Below, piece by piece: positions 1 to 13,775 of a stretch of 64,000 nt of DNA. The position numbers were made by a program, and so were the translations under genes. The DNA comes from Octopus bimaculoides. Its lineage: Eukaryota. Numbering within the stretch: position 1 is the stretch's first letter; each line of letters opens with the position of its first letter. The notes below the pieces were generated by a model. The model had not been told where the DNA came from, searched no databases, and saw only the letters and a program-made list of their open reading frames with translations. Where the stretch lies: contig NC_068992.1 of NCBI RefSeq assembly GCF_001194135.2, positions 10,004,526-10,068,525 of the forward strand, given 5' to 3'.

Positions 1-345
1 AATGTAGCCCTCCGTGTTGAGTGTGAGGCCTTGTGGAAAGATGAATGGAGGTATAATGTTGCCATCACTAGTGATCGCTCCAAACACCATGATGTTGCCT
101 GGATGTTTGATTTTTATCCCTTTTGGTACATGTTTGTATTGATATATGTTCATACTGGAGCTAAGCAGTACAGCATGTTGTTTCCAAATTTCTGGCTGAG
201 TGAATTGCTTCCTGGCGCTGGTTTTTTCACAGACGGTGCCCAACCGACCCTACTATACTGTGTAGTCAACAAAATCGAAAACAAGCAATGCACATGCACA
301 AAATTAGAAATATGAAATGGCAGCAATTTATCCATCGCACCTTTA
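1..345 (-). mobile_element. Tc1/mariner DD37D (maT-like) DNA transposon fragment with one terminal inverted repeat
   Basis: Minus strand reads IKHPGNIMVFGAITSDGNIIPPFIFPQGLTLNTEGY; same family as 9602-10477; degenerate TIR near 320-345. Confidence 0.8.
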
Positions 346-743
346 TGTAAGTGTGTGTGTGTGTGTGTGTGTGTAACAATATGCGCATGTATGTGTGTCT
401 GTGTGCTTGTGTGTGCCTGCATGTATGTATATTTATATATAAATGTATAAAGTACACACACTACATACACACGTAAATATATGAATATATGTACATCATT
501 AATTTTTCATACGTATATGTATGTATGTATGTATGTATGAAAGTATGTATATATGTATGTAGTGGCTTCACCAGATGTCTTATATAAATATACTGCTTAA
601 TAAAATGAAATGCAACATTGACTTTCCAATTAATGTAGACCTTACATTTTATGCATATACGTACATACATACATATATATATATAATGTATAAATGATAT
701 ATATGTATGTATGTATGTATATGTATGTATGTATGTATGTATG

Positions 744-777
<34 letters not shown>

Positions 778-1360
778 AACAAATAGTAAATGAGTATATG
801 CATATATACGTACAGGTATGTGCATACCGACATCCACCTGTATGTATAGGTGCATATCTGGGTACAGGACATTGCAAACAAACGTAGACGAGAACACACG
901 AGCCACATAGAGAACATTCTCCNNNNNNNNNNNNNNNNNNNNNNNNNNNNNNNNNNNNNNNNNNNNNNNNNNNNNNNNNNNNNNNNNNNNNNNNNNNNNN
1001 NNNNNNNNNNNNNNNNNNNNNNNNNNNNNNNNNNNNNNNNNNNNNNNNNNNNNNNNNNNNNNNNNNNNNNNNNNNNNNNNNNNNNNNNNNNNNNNNNNNN
1101 NNNNNNNNNNNNNNNNNNNNNNNNNNNNNNNNNNNNNNNNNNNNNNNNNNNNNNNNNNNNNNNNNNNNNNNNNNNNNNNNNNNNNNNNNNNNNNNNNNNN
1201 NNNNNNNNNNNNNNNNNNNNNNNNNNNNNNNNNNNNNNNNNNNNNNNNNNNNNNNNNNNNNNNNNNNNNNNNNNNNNNNNNNNNNNNNNNNNNNNNNNNN
1301 NNNNNNNNNNNNNNNNNNNNNNNNNNNNNNNNNNNNNNNNNNNNNNNNNNNNNNNNNNNN

Positions 1361-1416
<56 letters not shown>

Positions 1417-4182
1417 CTTCTTTTCTTTTTATTTATTTTTTTACTAACAATTCAGAGTTAATGAATAACAACTTCCAAAATAACTTATGGCCTAAGATCA
1501 TCCTCATCTTTGGCATCACAATTACCAATATCATCATCATCATCATTATTATTATTAATATGATTATTAAGGTGGTAAGCTGACAGACTCAGTAGGATGG
1601 TGGACAGATTGCTTAGCGGTATTTTATCCATCTTTATGTTCCAAGTTCAAATTCTGCTGAGGATTACTTTACCTTTTGGGGGTCAATGAAATAAGTACCA
1701 GTTGAACACTAAGACCAATGTAATTAACTAACCCCTCCACTAAAATTTCAGGCTTTCTGCCAATTAAAAAGGAGCATTCTGTCGGTTATGACAACAAGGG
1801 TTCCAGCTGGTATGATCAACGGAACAGCTTGCTCGTGAAATTAATGTGCAAGTGGTTGAGCACTCCACAGACACATGTACCCTTAACATAGTTCTCAGGG
1901 AGATTCAGCATGACACAAAGTGTGACAAGGCCAGCCCTTTGAAATACATAGTTATATATATATATATAAATAGATATGCATANNNNNNNNNNNNNNNNNN
2001 NNNNNNNNNNNNNNNNNNNNNNNNNNNNNNNNNNNNNNNNNNNNNNNNNNNNNNNNNNNNNNNNNNNNNNNNNNNNNNNNNNNNNNNNNNNNNNNNNNNN
2101 NNNNNNNNNNNNNNNNNNNNNNNNNNNNNNNNNNNNNNNNNNNNNNNNNNNNNNNNNNNNNNNNNNNNNNNNNNNNNNNNNNNNNNNNNNNNNNNNNNNN
2201 NNNNNNNNNNNNNNNNNNNNNNNNNNNNNNNNNNNNNNNNNNNNNNNNNNNNNNNNNNNNNNNNNNNNNNNNNNNNNNNNNNNNNNNNNNNNNNNNNNNN
2301 NNNNNNNNNNNNNNNNNNNNNNNNNNNNNNNNNNNNNNNNNNNNNNNNNNNNNNNNNNNNNNNNNNNNNNNNNNNNNNNNNNNNNNNNNNNNNNNNNNNN
2401 NNNNNNNNNNNNNNNNNNNNNNNNNNNNNNNNNNNNNNNNNNNNNNNNNNNNNNNNNNNNNNNNNNNNNNNNNNNNNNNNNNNNNNNNNNNNNNNNNNNN
2501 NNNNNNNNNNNNNNNNNNNNNNNNNNNNNNNNNNNNNNNNNNNNNNNNNNNNNNNNNNNNNNNNNNNNNNNNNNNNNNNNNNNNNNNNNNNNNNNNNNNN
2601 NNNNNNNNNNNNNNNNNNNNNNNNNNTTTTACTTTATTCCCCCCCCCTCTCTCCTTCCCTGTTTGGTTACTAACCGCATTGTTTTGGTCGGATTTAAACA
2701 TCTTTATATGAGAAGTTTCAAGGAAGCACCTACTTTGCTATGTTACTTCATGGCAGCTCCATAGATTGATTGCTTTCTCCTGGCATTATTGATGTTTTCA
2801 CATCTGTTTCCAGCATGTCTGTGATGTCCTAGTCGGTGTTTATGTTTTTATCTTCTATTTATTTATTGCTGTTAGTATTCTATCTTGAAGTTTTATCTTT
2901 GGGATGGTGTTTCATTGATCTTATCCAAAGATTTTCAATTGATTTTTATTTCTCTAACTATTTCTAACTTCAGATTATTGTTAGATTTTCAAGTTCCTCT
3001 GCTTTCAGCTGTCTTTCCTCACTTCTTTCATTATTCATTTACAATTCATATTTTCATTTGTCTCGTTGTTCTGTTTCAGCTTATGTCGGTTGATATTCTA
3101 TAGGTATGCACCTCTGATTTGAATCTGTGTGTGTGTGTGTGCACGCGCATGTGTGCGCGTATGTATGTGTCTGTCTGTCTGTCTGTTTGTGTATGTGTTT
3201 GTGTGTGTGTCTGTGTGTGTGTGTATGTGTCTCTGTGTGTGTGCCTATGTGTATGTGTTTGTGTGTTGGTAGGTGGATGTGTCTGCGTATATGTGTCTGT
3301 GTGTGTGTCTGTGTGTGTGCCTGTGTGTGTGCCTGTGTGTGTATGTGTCTGCATGTATGTGTGTGTGTGTGTGTGTGTGTGTGCTTTGCTATTTGTTTTG
3401 GTTATTTTGATTGTGGTTACACTACGTCTGTCTTTCTGGCTTATGTTTTTAATGTTTTTCCTTCTTTCATTGCTTGTATTTATACTGTTTGTTCTTGGTC
3501 ATTTGTTTTCTTTATTCAAAATTCGGACAGAACTTATGGGATGACCTAATAGATCCATGGTAGTGTCGTGTCACTGGCATAGTGCTATACAAATCACTCA
3601 GCTATTTTAAAAAGCTCAGTCTACCAAGCTGTACAACAGGCAAAGAACAACTCAATAAGGTAGGCATTCATATCAGCACTGTTTCATAGTATTTAATAGT
3701 CAAAATATGTATTTTCTATTTATAATTTACTCATAGTAATATCATCTGATTGAAGACGGGGGCGGTGGGGGGTGTCTTTGTTTTTGTATGTTCTGCACAT
3801 CAGACTAAAAACAACGAAAACACGTCATGTCAATGCCAGAGCATAAATCACTGATTTCTCAGCTAATTGTTTATAAACCTGTTGACCTGTCACTCACATT
3901 CCCTACGAGCAAACTTGCGCTTGTAAACAATAATTCGCAGTTCTTTAGATTTAGGCATAAATCTTAATTCCATTCATGAGTCTATAAATTTAGCCATCAT
4001 TTATAATCCCATACACACACGCACACACACACACAACATTTGATAATTAAATCAACCTTACCGATGCTTGTTACTCATTGAATTTGCCAGAGGGGTGGGG
4101 GTCAACATAGTTCACTTGTTAATGGAATAGATTTGGGTACAAAGATATTGATTTAACCTTACTAATTAGGAGACACTCATTA

Positions 4183-4220
<38 letters not shown>

Positions 4221-4440
4221 GCATTATAAACTAATGATCTCATTACAAAGTGAAACTAGAGTTTTATTTCCATTGGATAATTTATTGGACTGCCTGTTGG
4301 CTGCCATGGATCCTGTGTTCAATTTTTCTCTGTGTGTCACATTGTGTTTCTGGGTCAATACACCTAATCTTAAACCAAGTCACTTTCCTTTGATCTATGG
4401 TTCCAATTACAAGCATTTCGTTTTTTTCTTTTTTCTTTCT

Positions 4441-4477
<37 letters not shown>

Positions 4478-4664
4478 ATTCTTTGAATATATATTTTGTT
4501 TTTTTACCTTTTCCTTGTTTCAATCATTGAATGCTTGGGCACTGCTTTGAGAAAGGTTTTTAATTGAACAAATTGACCCTGGACCCGTTTTTTTTCTAAG
4601 CCAGGTCCTTATTTTGTCATTCTTTTAAATAAACCAACACAAGATATCAAGCAATGGAGGAGCA

Positions 4665-4703
<39 letters not shown>

Positions 4704-5153
4704 CAGGCTTCTGCCAACCAAATTTGCTTACAAGGCCTCAGTTAGCCTGAGGCTATAGTAGAAGACATTTGTCCAGGGTGTCACACAGTGGGACTGAACC
4801 CTGAACCATGTGGTTGGGAAGCAAGCTTCATACCATACAGCCCACATAACCACACCTTTGTGCCTATGTAAGAAAAAATAAAAAAATATGTCAAAAAGAG
4901 AAATTTAGCAGATTCTGCTAAAATTTCTGCAGAACAACACTGTTGGATAAAAATGCATTAATAGGAAGTTTTCATCAAAGATGTGGAGAGAAAGGATTAA
5001 GAAATATGTCCAATATTGTGTCTGTGGAATCAGGAGAAAGAGATCAGTGAGGATATTGAAAGGATTTTAAAGGATTTTAATGGAAATGGTAAGTGTTGTA
5101 GAAATGGTAGAAGAGAAAGAGAGAGAGAAAGAAAGAGAGAGAGAAGGAGAGAG

Positions 5154-5187
<34 letters not shown>

Positions 5188-5689
5188 ACAGCACATTTCA
5201 TTACTACATAATAGACTGAATTAATATGACAGTCTCTATGTGATCACTTGATCTGTTAAATATAGCAGCCAAATACCCCTCGAATCACACACTACTGCCT
5301 AGAAGAAATATTGTAATCTTAGGCAGAACACCTTTGATCACCTTTTTGTGTGTGTGTGTGTGTGTGTGAGAGTATATGTGCATATTTGTGCTTGTCATTT
5401 ATTGTTTGACTGTGTTCCTTTGTTTCTGTCCCTGCAACTTAAAAATTTTGTTTTGCAAAAAAAAAGAGAACTAATTTCATAAGTAGCTGGCTTAGCTTAA
5501 TTACTGTGGAGTGAATTTGACTGACTAGCATTTTCAAGTCAGTGCTCCAGCATGGCCACAGTCTTGTGACTGAAACAAGTAAAAGAACAAAACAATGTGA
5601 AATGAATTTGAAGACACAATGGAAGCATTTAACATTAAAGAAAACAAATGGCAGTTTTATGCATTTAATAAGCATAAACATGGATTGTG

Positions 5690-5844
5690 GCTATGTGGTC
5701 AAGAAGTTTGCTTCCCAACCACATGGTTTTGGGTTCAGTTCTCCTGTATGGCACCTTGGACAGATGTCTTCTTCTATAGTCCTGGACCAATCAAAGGCTT
5801 ATGAGTGGATTTGGTAGACAGTAAATGAAAGAAGCCCATTGTAT

Positions 5845-5885
<41 letters not shown>

Positions 5886-6080
5886 CACACACATCTATTT
5901 GACAACTGGTGTTGGTTTGTTTATGTTCCTGTAACTTAGCAGGTTGGTAAAAAGGGAATGATACAATAAGTACCAGGTTTAACAAAGAAACATGATTACT
6001 GGAGTCAATTTGTTCAACTAAAACCCGTTTAAAGTGGTGCTCCAGCATGGCCACAGTCTAATAACTGGAACAAGTAAAAA
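5690..6080 (+). mobile_element. Older OR-like SINE copy
   Basis: gtggctatgtggtcaagaagtttgcttcccaaccacatgg...gtggtgctccagcatggccacagtc. Other old or partial copies at 4650-4850, 7840-8110, 11760-11940, 18688-19510, 31985-32200, 34745-35360, 37420-37580, 44290-44700 and 56800-56930. Confidence 0.75.
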
Positions 6081-6635
6081 ATAACGGATGGAAATTGAAA
6101 TGAGTGCATTCATGAAGCAAGGAATTAGCACAGGCCTCGATAGTAGTTAATGATGGACCATTAAAGACTAACAAGAATTAGTTCTTTTAGATAATTTTCT
6201 CTGATGCCAAATAACCAACTCAACAGCTTGCCGCTTCTCTGTTAATAAACCCTGCAAAGATCCGACTGTAATATACTGGAGTGTGTGAAATGGAGTCATG
6301 AGAAAAAACACGTCTCTTTTAAATGATATTGGCTTTGAGCCGATTCCAATCAATATTTTTATATGACTATGTTAAGATGAAGTTCTATTTACAAATATTT
6401 CATGATAAAAATATAGAATTTGTATATTGATTAATAAGATCAAGCTATAGTTTATCATTGATTGATGACCGACAGGCAAATATTTATGTCTCTCTGTCTA
6501 AATTGTCTCCAAGATATGGGCAAAAATACAAAAATAAAAAAAAAATTCTGATGAAATTTAAAACTATATGTATTTATTATCATAATAATAATAATAATAA
6601 TGATAATAATAATGATAAAAATGATAATTAATAAT

Positions 6636-6695
<60 letters not shown>

Positions 6696-7289
6696 TAATA
6701 ATAATGATAGTAATAGTTATCACCATTATCATCACTGTTGCCACCACTACCACCACCACCACNNNNNNNNNNNNNNNNNNNNNNNNNNNNNNNNNNNNNN
6801 NNNNNNNNNNNNNNNNNNNNNNNNNNNNNNNNNNNNNNNNNNNNNNNNNNNNNNNNNNNNNNNNNNNNNNNNNNNNNNNNNNNNNNNNNNNNNNNNNNNN
6901 NNNNNNNNNNNNNNNNNNNNNNNNNNNNNNNNNNNNNNNNNNNNNNNNNNNNNNNNNNNNNNNNNNNNNNNNNNNNNNNNNNNNNNNNNNNNNNNNNNNN
7001 NNNNNNNNNNNNNNNNNNNNNNNNNNNNNNNNNNNNNNNNNNNNNNNNNNNNCACCACAACCACCACCACCACCTCCACCACAACCACCACCACCACCAA
7101 TACCACCACAACCACTGCCCTACCGCTGCTACCACTGCCACCCCACCCTACCTTCCACCCCACCCCATCCTTCATCCCCACCATGATCACTGCCGTTATC
7201 ATCACTGCCACCGTTACTGTCGTCGATGCTGTTATCGTTGGCATCAGCAGCATCACAATCAGCATCACCGGTGTCATCATCGTGATTGT

Positions 7290-7520
7290 TAATGGGTCTG
7301 CAGTACAGCATAGCATCAGTTATCTTGATCTTTCATCATCTGATGAGAGAAGCCAAGCATTAAGAGATCTGGACTTAGCCACTTCGTCCCTCATCCTCCT
7401 CGCACCTTCCTTGGTCTTCCATTTCCATCTTTACTCTTCACCAACAACACATACAACTTTTCATTCCAGCACTCAATCTCTATCATATCACAAGCCCATA
7501 CCACTGCAGTCATCTGTCTG
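7290..7520 (-). mobile_element. RTE-type LINE 3' ORF remnant
   Basis: Minus strand VWACDMIEIECWNEKLYVLLVKSKDGNGRPRK..., resembling the RTE C-terminal W.GHV.R...GRPRK.W signature, ending in a YAVL-type motif. Confidence 0.6.
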
Positions 7521-7561
<41 letters not shown>

Positions 7562-9601
7562 CATCATCATCGTCGTCATCATCATTTTACATCCGTTCTT
7601 CCATGGTAGGATGGGTTAGATGGTTCAGCAAGGATATAGTGATTCAGTGGCTCACATCATACTCCAACATCTCATTTTGAGCATGGTTTCTATGGTTGGA
7701 TGCCCTTCCTAACACCAATCACATTATGGAGTATACTGCATGCATTTTTTATGGCACCAACACTGCAGAGGTTTCCTTGCCATCAGAAAGACTAAAAAGC
7801 TCCTGATAACACAAAAAGTAAAATGGATAAATCGCCCATCACTTTCAACAATGCTATGTTACGGGGACGTAAACACACTACCATTGGTTGTCAAGCAGTG
7901 TTGGGGGGACAAACACAGACACACAAACATATACACACATATACATATATATGACAGGCTTCTTTCAGTTTCCGTCTACCAAATCCACTCACAAGGCTTT
8001 GGTCGGCCCGTGGCTATAGTAGAAGACACTTGCCCAAGGTGCCGCACAGTGTGACTGAACCCAGAACCATGTGGTTGTTAAGCAAGCTACTTACCACACA
8101 GCCACTCTTGCGCCTTTGATTGTTTATTTTCAGAATGACATTATGGAGTTGACGTGGGAGTCTGGATCCGGACAGTTAAAACAGGTACACCATTCAGGCT
8201 GGATGTGGCCAATTTAAATGCTAAAGGGTTATAGTGTTCTATACTTTGCTCATCTTTCCCAACCCAAAAGTGTCTGAGGAATATTTAACCATGAGGACAT
8301 TAATTCAATGGAGGTGGGGGTGGGAGAAGGTGGTTCGGTTGATTGAACAACTGAACGGTCAGCATGGAGATTAACAGTGATCCATTTACTAGTTACTAGT
8401 TAGTATTACTTGTGTATGGTTAGTAGGTTAGTAGTGTGGTAATAAATGTACCAGTGTGTTGCTAGCAGCTGGCTTGGGAGAGGCTGATGGTCATTTAGTT
8501 TTGAAGTGGTCTCTCAAAGTCACTCATTGTTTCATAACAAGGAGTGTGGAGTGTGGAAAGGGCAAATGTGTATATGCTTGTACAAGTGTGTGTGTGTTTG
8601 TGTGTGTGTGTATGTGTGTGTGGGTGTGCGTGTGTGCATGTGTGTATTTGTGTATGTGTATGTGGTGTACATGCGCTTACATATACAGAGGTGTGTTGTG
8701 TGTGAATGTATGTGTGTATGTATTCATTAATGTAGGACTTCTCTTTCTCTCTCTCTCTTCACACACACACACATTTATATCATCATCATCATCATCATCA
8801 TCGTTTAACGTCCGCTTTCCATGCTAGCATGGGTTGGACGATTTGACTGAGGACTGGTGAAACCGGATGGCAACACCAGGCTCCAGTCTAATTTGGCAGA
8901 GTTTCTACAGCTGGATGCCCTTCCTAACGCCAACCACTCGGAGAGTGTAGTGGGTGCTTTTACGTGTCACCCGCACGAAAACGGCCACGCTCNNNNNNNN
9001 NNNNNNNNNNNNNNNNNNNNNNNNNNNNNNNNNNNNNNNNNNNNNNNNNNNNNNNNNNNNNNNNNNNNNNNNNNNNNNNNNNNNNNNNNNNNNNNNNNNN
9101 NNNNNNNNNNNNNNNNNNNNNNNNNNNNNNNNNNNNNNNNNNNNNNNNNNNNNNNNNNNNNNNNNNNNNNNNNNNNNNNNNNNNNNNNNNNNNNNNNNNN
9201 NNNNNNNNNNNNNNNNNNNNNNNNNNNNNNNNNNNNNNNNNNNNNNNNNNNNNNNNNNNNNNNNNNNNNNNNNNNNNNNNNNNNNNNNNNNNNNNNNNNN
9301 NNNNNNNNNNNNNNNNNNNNNNNNNNNNNNNNNNNNNNNNNNNNNNNNNNNNNNNNNNNNNNNNNNNNNNNNNNNNNNNNNNNNNNNNNNNNNNNNNNNN
9401 NNNNNNNNNNNNNNNNNNNNNNNNNNNNNNNNNNNNNNNNNNNNNNNNNNNNNNNNNNNNNNNNNNNNNNNNNNNNNNNNNNNNNNNNNNNNNNNNNNNN
9501 NNNNNNNNNNNNNNNNNNNNNNNNNNNNNNNNNNNNNNNNNNNNNNNNNNNNNNNNNNNNNNNNNNNNNNNNNNNNNNNNNNNNNNNNNNNNNNNNNNNN
9601 N

Positions 9602-10477
9602 TGCAGTGCATAAACTGTCATCTAAATCACGCAAAAATTAAAATAACACTGACGTCTGATTTTAACAGATAAATTTACCGAAATTGCATGAAAATATCTT
9701 GAAATACTAAAGAGTAAATTCATTCAATAAAATCGCCATTGGCCTCAACCACATCTTCTGGACGACTTTGGAATCTCCTGCAACTCTTCTGGACGGTCTC
9801 CTTGTTTAAGTTGGTGAATGCTGCTATAATCCTTGCCATCAGTGCACCTTTAGTGTTATAAGGAGTTTTGTTGGTCTTAACTGCACTCCACACATAATAA
9901 TCAAGGGGGTTGCAGTGTGGGGAGTTAGGTGTCCAGATGTTAGGGGTGATGTAGTCACAGAAATTCTGATAGCCATGACTGGGTTCTCCTGCTTGTGTGG
10001 CATGGCACAGAGTCCTGTTGGCAGACAGGGTCTTTCAGTAGCCACCCTCTTGACCCAGGGCAGCACTACCTTCTCCAGGTGCTTGATGTAGGCCTCCGTG
10101 TTGAGTCTGAAGCCATGTGGGAAGATAAATGGAGGCATAACGTCACCATTACTAGTGGTCACTCCAAACACCATGATGTTGACTGGATGTTTGATTTTTA
10201 TCACTCTCAGTACATGTCCTCAGATTGCACTGTCCTCAGATTGACACCCAAACACTCTGAAATAATTGTATTGGAGCTTCCGACGTGAATGCTAAGCAGT
10301 ATAGTATGTTGTTTCCAAATTTCTGGCTGAGTGAATTGTGTCATGGTGCTGTTTTTCTCACAAAGGGTGCCCAACTGATCCTACTCTACTGTGTAGTTAA
10401 CAAAATCAAAAACAAACAATGCACATGTACGAAATTAATAAAATAACATAGTGACAATTTACCCATTGCACTCTGTA
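9602..10477 (-). mobile_element. Internally deleted, frameshifted Tc1/mariner DD37D (maT-like) element with both TIRs
   Basis: Transposase remnant KHPVNIMVFGVTTSNGDVMPPFIFP...QQDSVPCH...PNSPHCNPLDYYVW...GDFIE*; the reconstructed D-to-D spacing is 37 after restoring one frameshift. Left end tgcagtgcataaactgtca matches the reverse complement of right end tgacaatttacccattgcactctgTA. Confidence 0.88.
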
Positions 10478-10865
10478 TATACATACATACATACATACAT
10501 ACATACATACATACAAGCAAACAGACAAAAATACCCTGTTGTTGATGTTGAAATTCCAATGAAGGAGCCTTGGATCTAGGTTAGAAACCAGTTCTTTCTC
10601 TGTTGGCAAGAAATCTTGAAATAAACTGAATAATGATATACATACACACATGCATACATACATGCATACATGCATACATACATACATACATACATACATA
10701 CATACACATACAGAAACATACATACATATATACAGACAGACGACATAGATACATACATAACATACATACATCCATAACATACATATCTATTCATCTTTCA
10801 CTCTCATATGCATAGATATTCAGTTGGGAAATATGGACAATAACTTCATAATTAAATGATGAATG

Positions 10866-10915
<50 letters not shown>

Positions 10916-11646
10916 GTGACGACAATGATGATGAGAACTATAACATCATCAACCCAATGACAATGATAGTATAGGCAGCAGTAACAGCAATAATGATGAC
11001 GACGACAATGTTAATGGTGATGGCTCTGATGATAATAATGATGATGATGATGATTGACAATGACGATGTTGACGACGAAGTATATGATTACACACAAGCG
11101 CATGCAAATGAAGATACACTTTACTACATACTCCTACCTAATTCCCCCACTTGTTTATGACATCTCATCTGGTTGGTCATCTCTGTCTAAATTACATAAC
11201 ACATCACATGTACTACCATTTGGTTTGCACATTGCTATGGAGACCAATATCCAGTGCACACATGCACTAGCAAATATTATATGCTGTACATTTATATTTG
11301 CCCCATTTTTTAAATATTATACATAATAAATTCTCTTAAGGCACTGAAATGACAGATTTATTAAAACATCAGAATGTCAGGCAGAATTTCTTTGGAATCT
11401 TTGCACTCCATGTTCAAGTCTTATTGAGATCCACTTTGCTCCTGGGGTCGACAAATAAAATATCATTTAAGGGAGGGTGACAGAGCTGTTAGAGTTTAGG
11501 ACGAGATGCATCACACTACCTATACTTAGTCATTGTATTTTGAGTTCAAATTTCATCACTCACCATTAGACTCCTCCTTATAACAAGAACTGGGCCATTT
11601 TGAGATTTAGCTGATGGTGATAATTAACATGGGACAAAGAGACATG

Positions 11647-11702
<56 letters not shown>

Positions 11703-13594
11703 TACACACTCATGCACACATACAAACACGCATACATGCATACACATATACATGCACACAAATAACACACACACACATACAACAAGCTTCTTTATCAGTT
11801 TCTGTTTATCAGATCCATGCACAAGGCTTTGATCATCCTAGGGCTAAAGTAGAAAACACTTGCCCAAGTTCCTGTGTAGTGCGAATGAACTCTGAACCAC
11901 ATGGTTCTGAAGTAATCTTCTAACTATGCAGCCAAGTCGGTGCCTGTTTTATGTATGTGATAAAGAAATACAAGCAACCAATTTGATTGTATTTACAATG
12001 AATTGCTCTTCGTAATTTATTGAACATTGTGAGGAGGTGGATACAGAAATAAAATATTTTATTATGTTGAAGTCGTTGTGTATTATGAGAAACAAGTTAA
12101 ATAAAGCTAAAGTTTCATAATAGAGGGTTTAGGAATGTTGAAATACTTTCTGGCAATGAGAAAAGGTGGAACATCAGTAGTAATAAGTTTTGCTAATGAA
12201 ACAAAAGCTCTTTAGATAATAACAAGTGGGAGGTCTTTACTATTTATTTTGGTTGGTGACAGACACCATACAACAAATGAATGTTTTGGAACACAAAAAA
12301 AAAACTTTACGAAATCATAAATACATTTTTGTGACCTATGGCTATTCCATGGTTTTCATAAATGCTCGTATTTCTATGTTGTTGCATATATTTATAGACA
12401 TGCATTTATAGACATTGTTGTATTATTTTAAATGTTATTGATTACATCTTGTAGTTCCAGAGATTTACTTGTTTAAAGTGTGACATTTGAATTTCTTTCA
12501 CTATGTCTCTGAGATCACTCCATGGTTAAGGTTGTTAAAAGTATAACGATCAAACACATAATGATGAACAGAATAAGATTGTATACTACAGCTTCAGGTT
12601 GACCAAAAAAAAACCATGCAAGCAGATTTGATAAATAGAAACTGAAAGAAGTCTTTTGCAGGTCTTTTGAGATTGGTGAGATTGATGCTGTTAATATTTG
12701 GTTTAAAGTGTTAAAGGTTGACATCTACAAGAAAGACATGAGAGAGAGATTCTGGAAGGCCAATGTTCTGCAGATGAAGAATTTGTTGAAGTGGTTAATG
12801 CACTCATTGCCTGGAGCTCTCATGGCCAGAGATATACAGATAAAATTAATAAACAACCTGTGTTTTTACTGATACCTGAGATGATGAGGGAAACGCTCAG
12901 TAACAGTTCTCATCATCATCATCATCATCATCATCATTATTGTTGTCGTCATCATCGGTGTTGTCATAGTCATCATCATCGTCATCATCATCATCATTGT
13001 CATCACCATGACCTTAATGTGAAATGTAAAGTTAGGTGGATGAACACGAAATGGGTAATGAATAGAGGAGAGTGGTGGACCACATGCAAAACAACCTGGA
13101 CCACTCCTCCCACATCCCCCTAGCTTCCCCCCCATATGCCCCTATGTTCCCCTATATCTCCTCACATTTCCCACAATACTCTATCTCCCCTCACTTCCCC
13201 ATACCCCACATCCACAACTCCCAAATATCCCTCCTACCTCCAAAGCCCCTCCCCATCCAATTTAGAAGCATACTTAGAGGCCAACATTCACATTATATTT
13301 ACCATTATGATTCTCCGTCTCTGCTACAATTAAGGTTGGGTTCCTCTTTCCTAATGACATTTTCTTTGAACTACATTATCTTTAAACAGACAACATTTTA
13401 CTTTTGTTTTGATTCTTTCAGCTTTGGTGGAATTTTAACACAAATATTATTATACATCGTAACAAATGGTAAATTCTTGGAAAAATTCTTCATAGCAAAT
13501 ACCCACCTATTCGCTTTCTCACTTCTTCTTTAGGTACATGAGAGAGTATAAATATATATGTGTATATATATTACATATATGTATATATATATTT

Positions 13595-13626
<32 letters not shown>

Positions 13627-13628
13627 CA

Positions 13629-13674
<46 letters not shown>

Positions 13675-13736
13675 TACAAATATATATGTATATACAAATG
13701 TATGTATGTATGTATCTCTCTCTCTCTTTATATATG

Positions 13737-13775
<39 letters not shown>

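Noticed and set aside
6168-6353. Minus-strand ORF ...GLLTEKRQAVELVIWHQRKLSKRTNSC*
   Set aside because: No recognisable homology and no convincing partner exons; could be chance
8134-8184. Exon-like NDIMELTWESGSGQLKQ with ag/gt borders
   Set aside because: It is part of the TTAA-MITE family seen intact at 46220-46448
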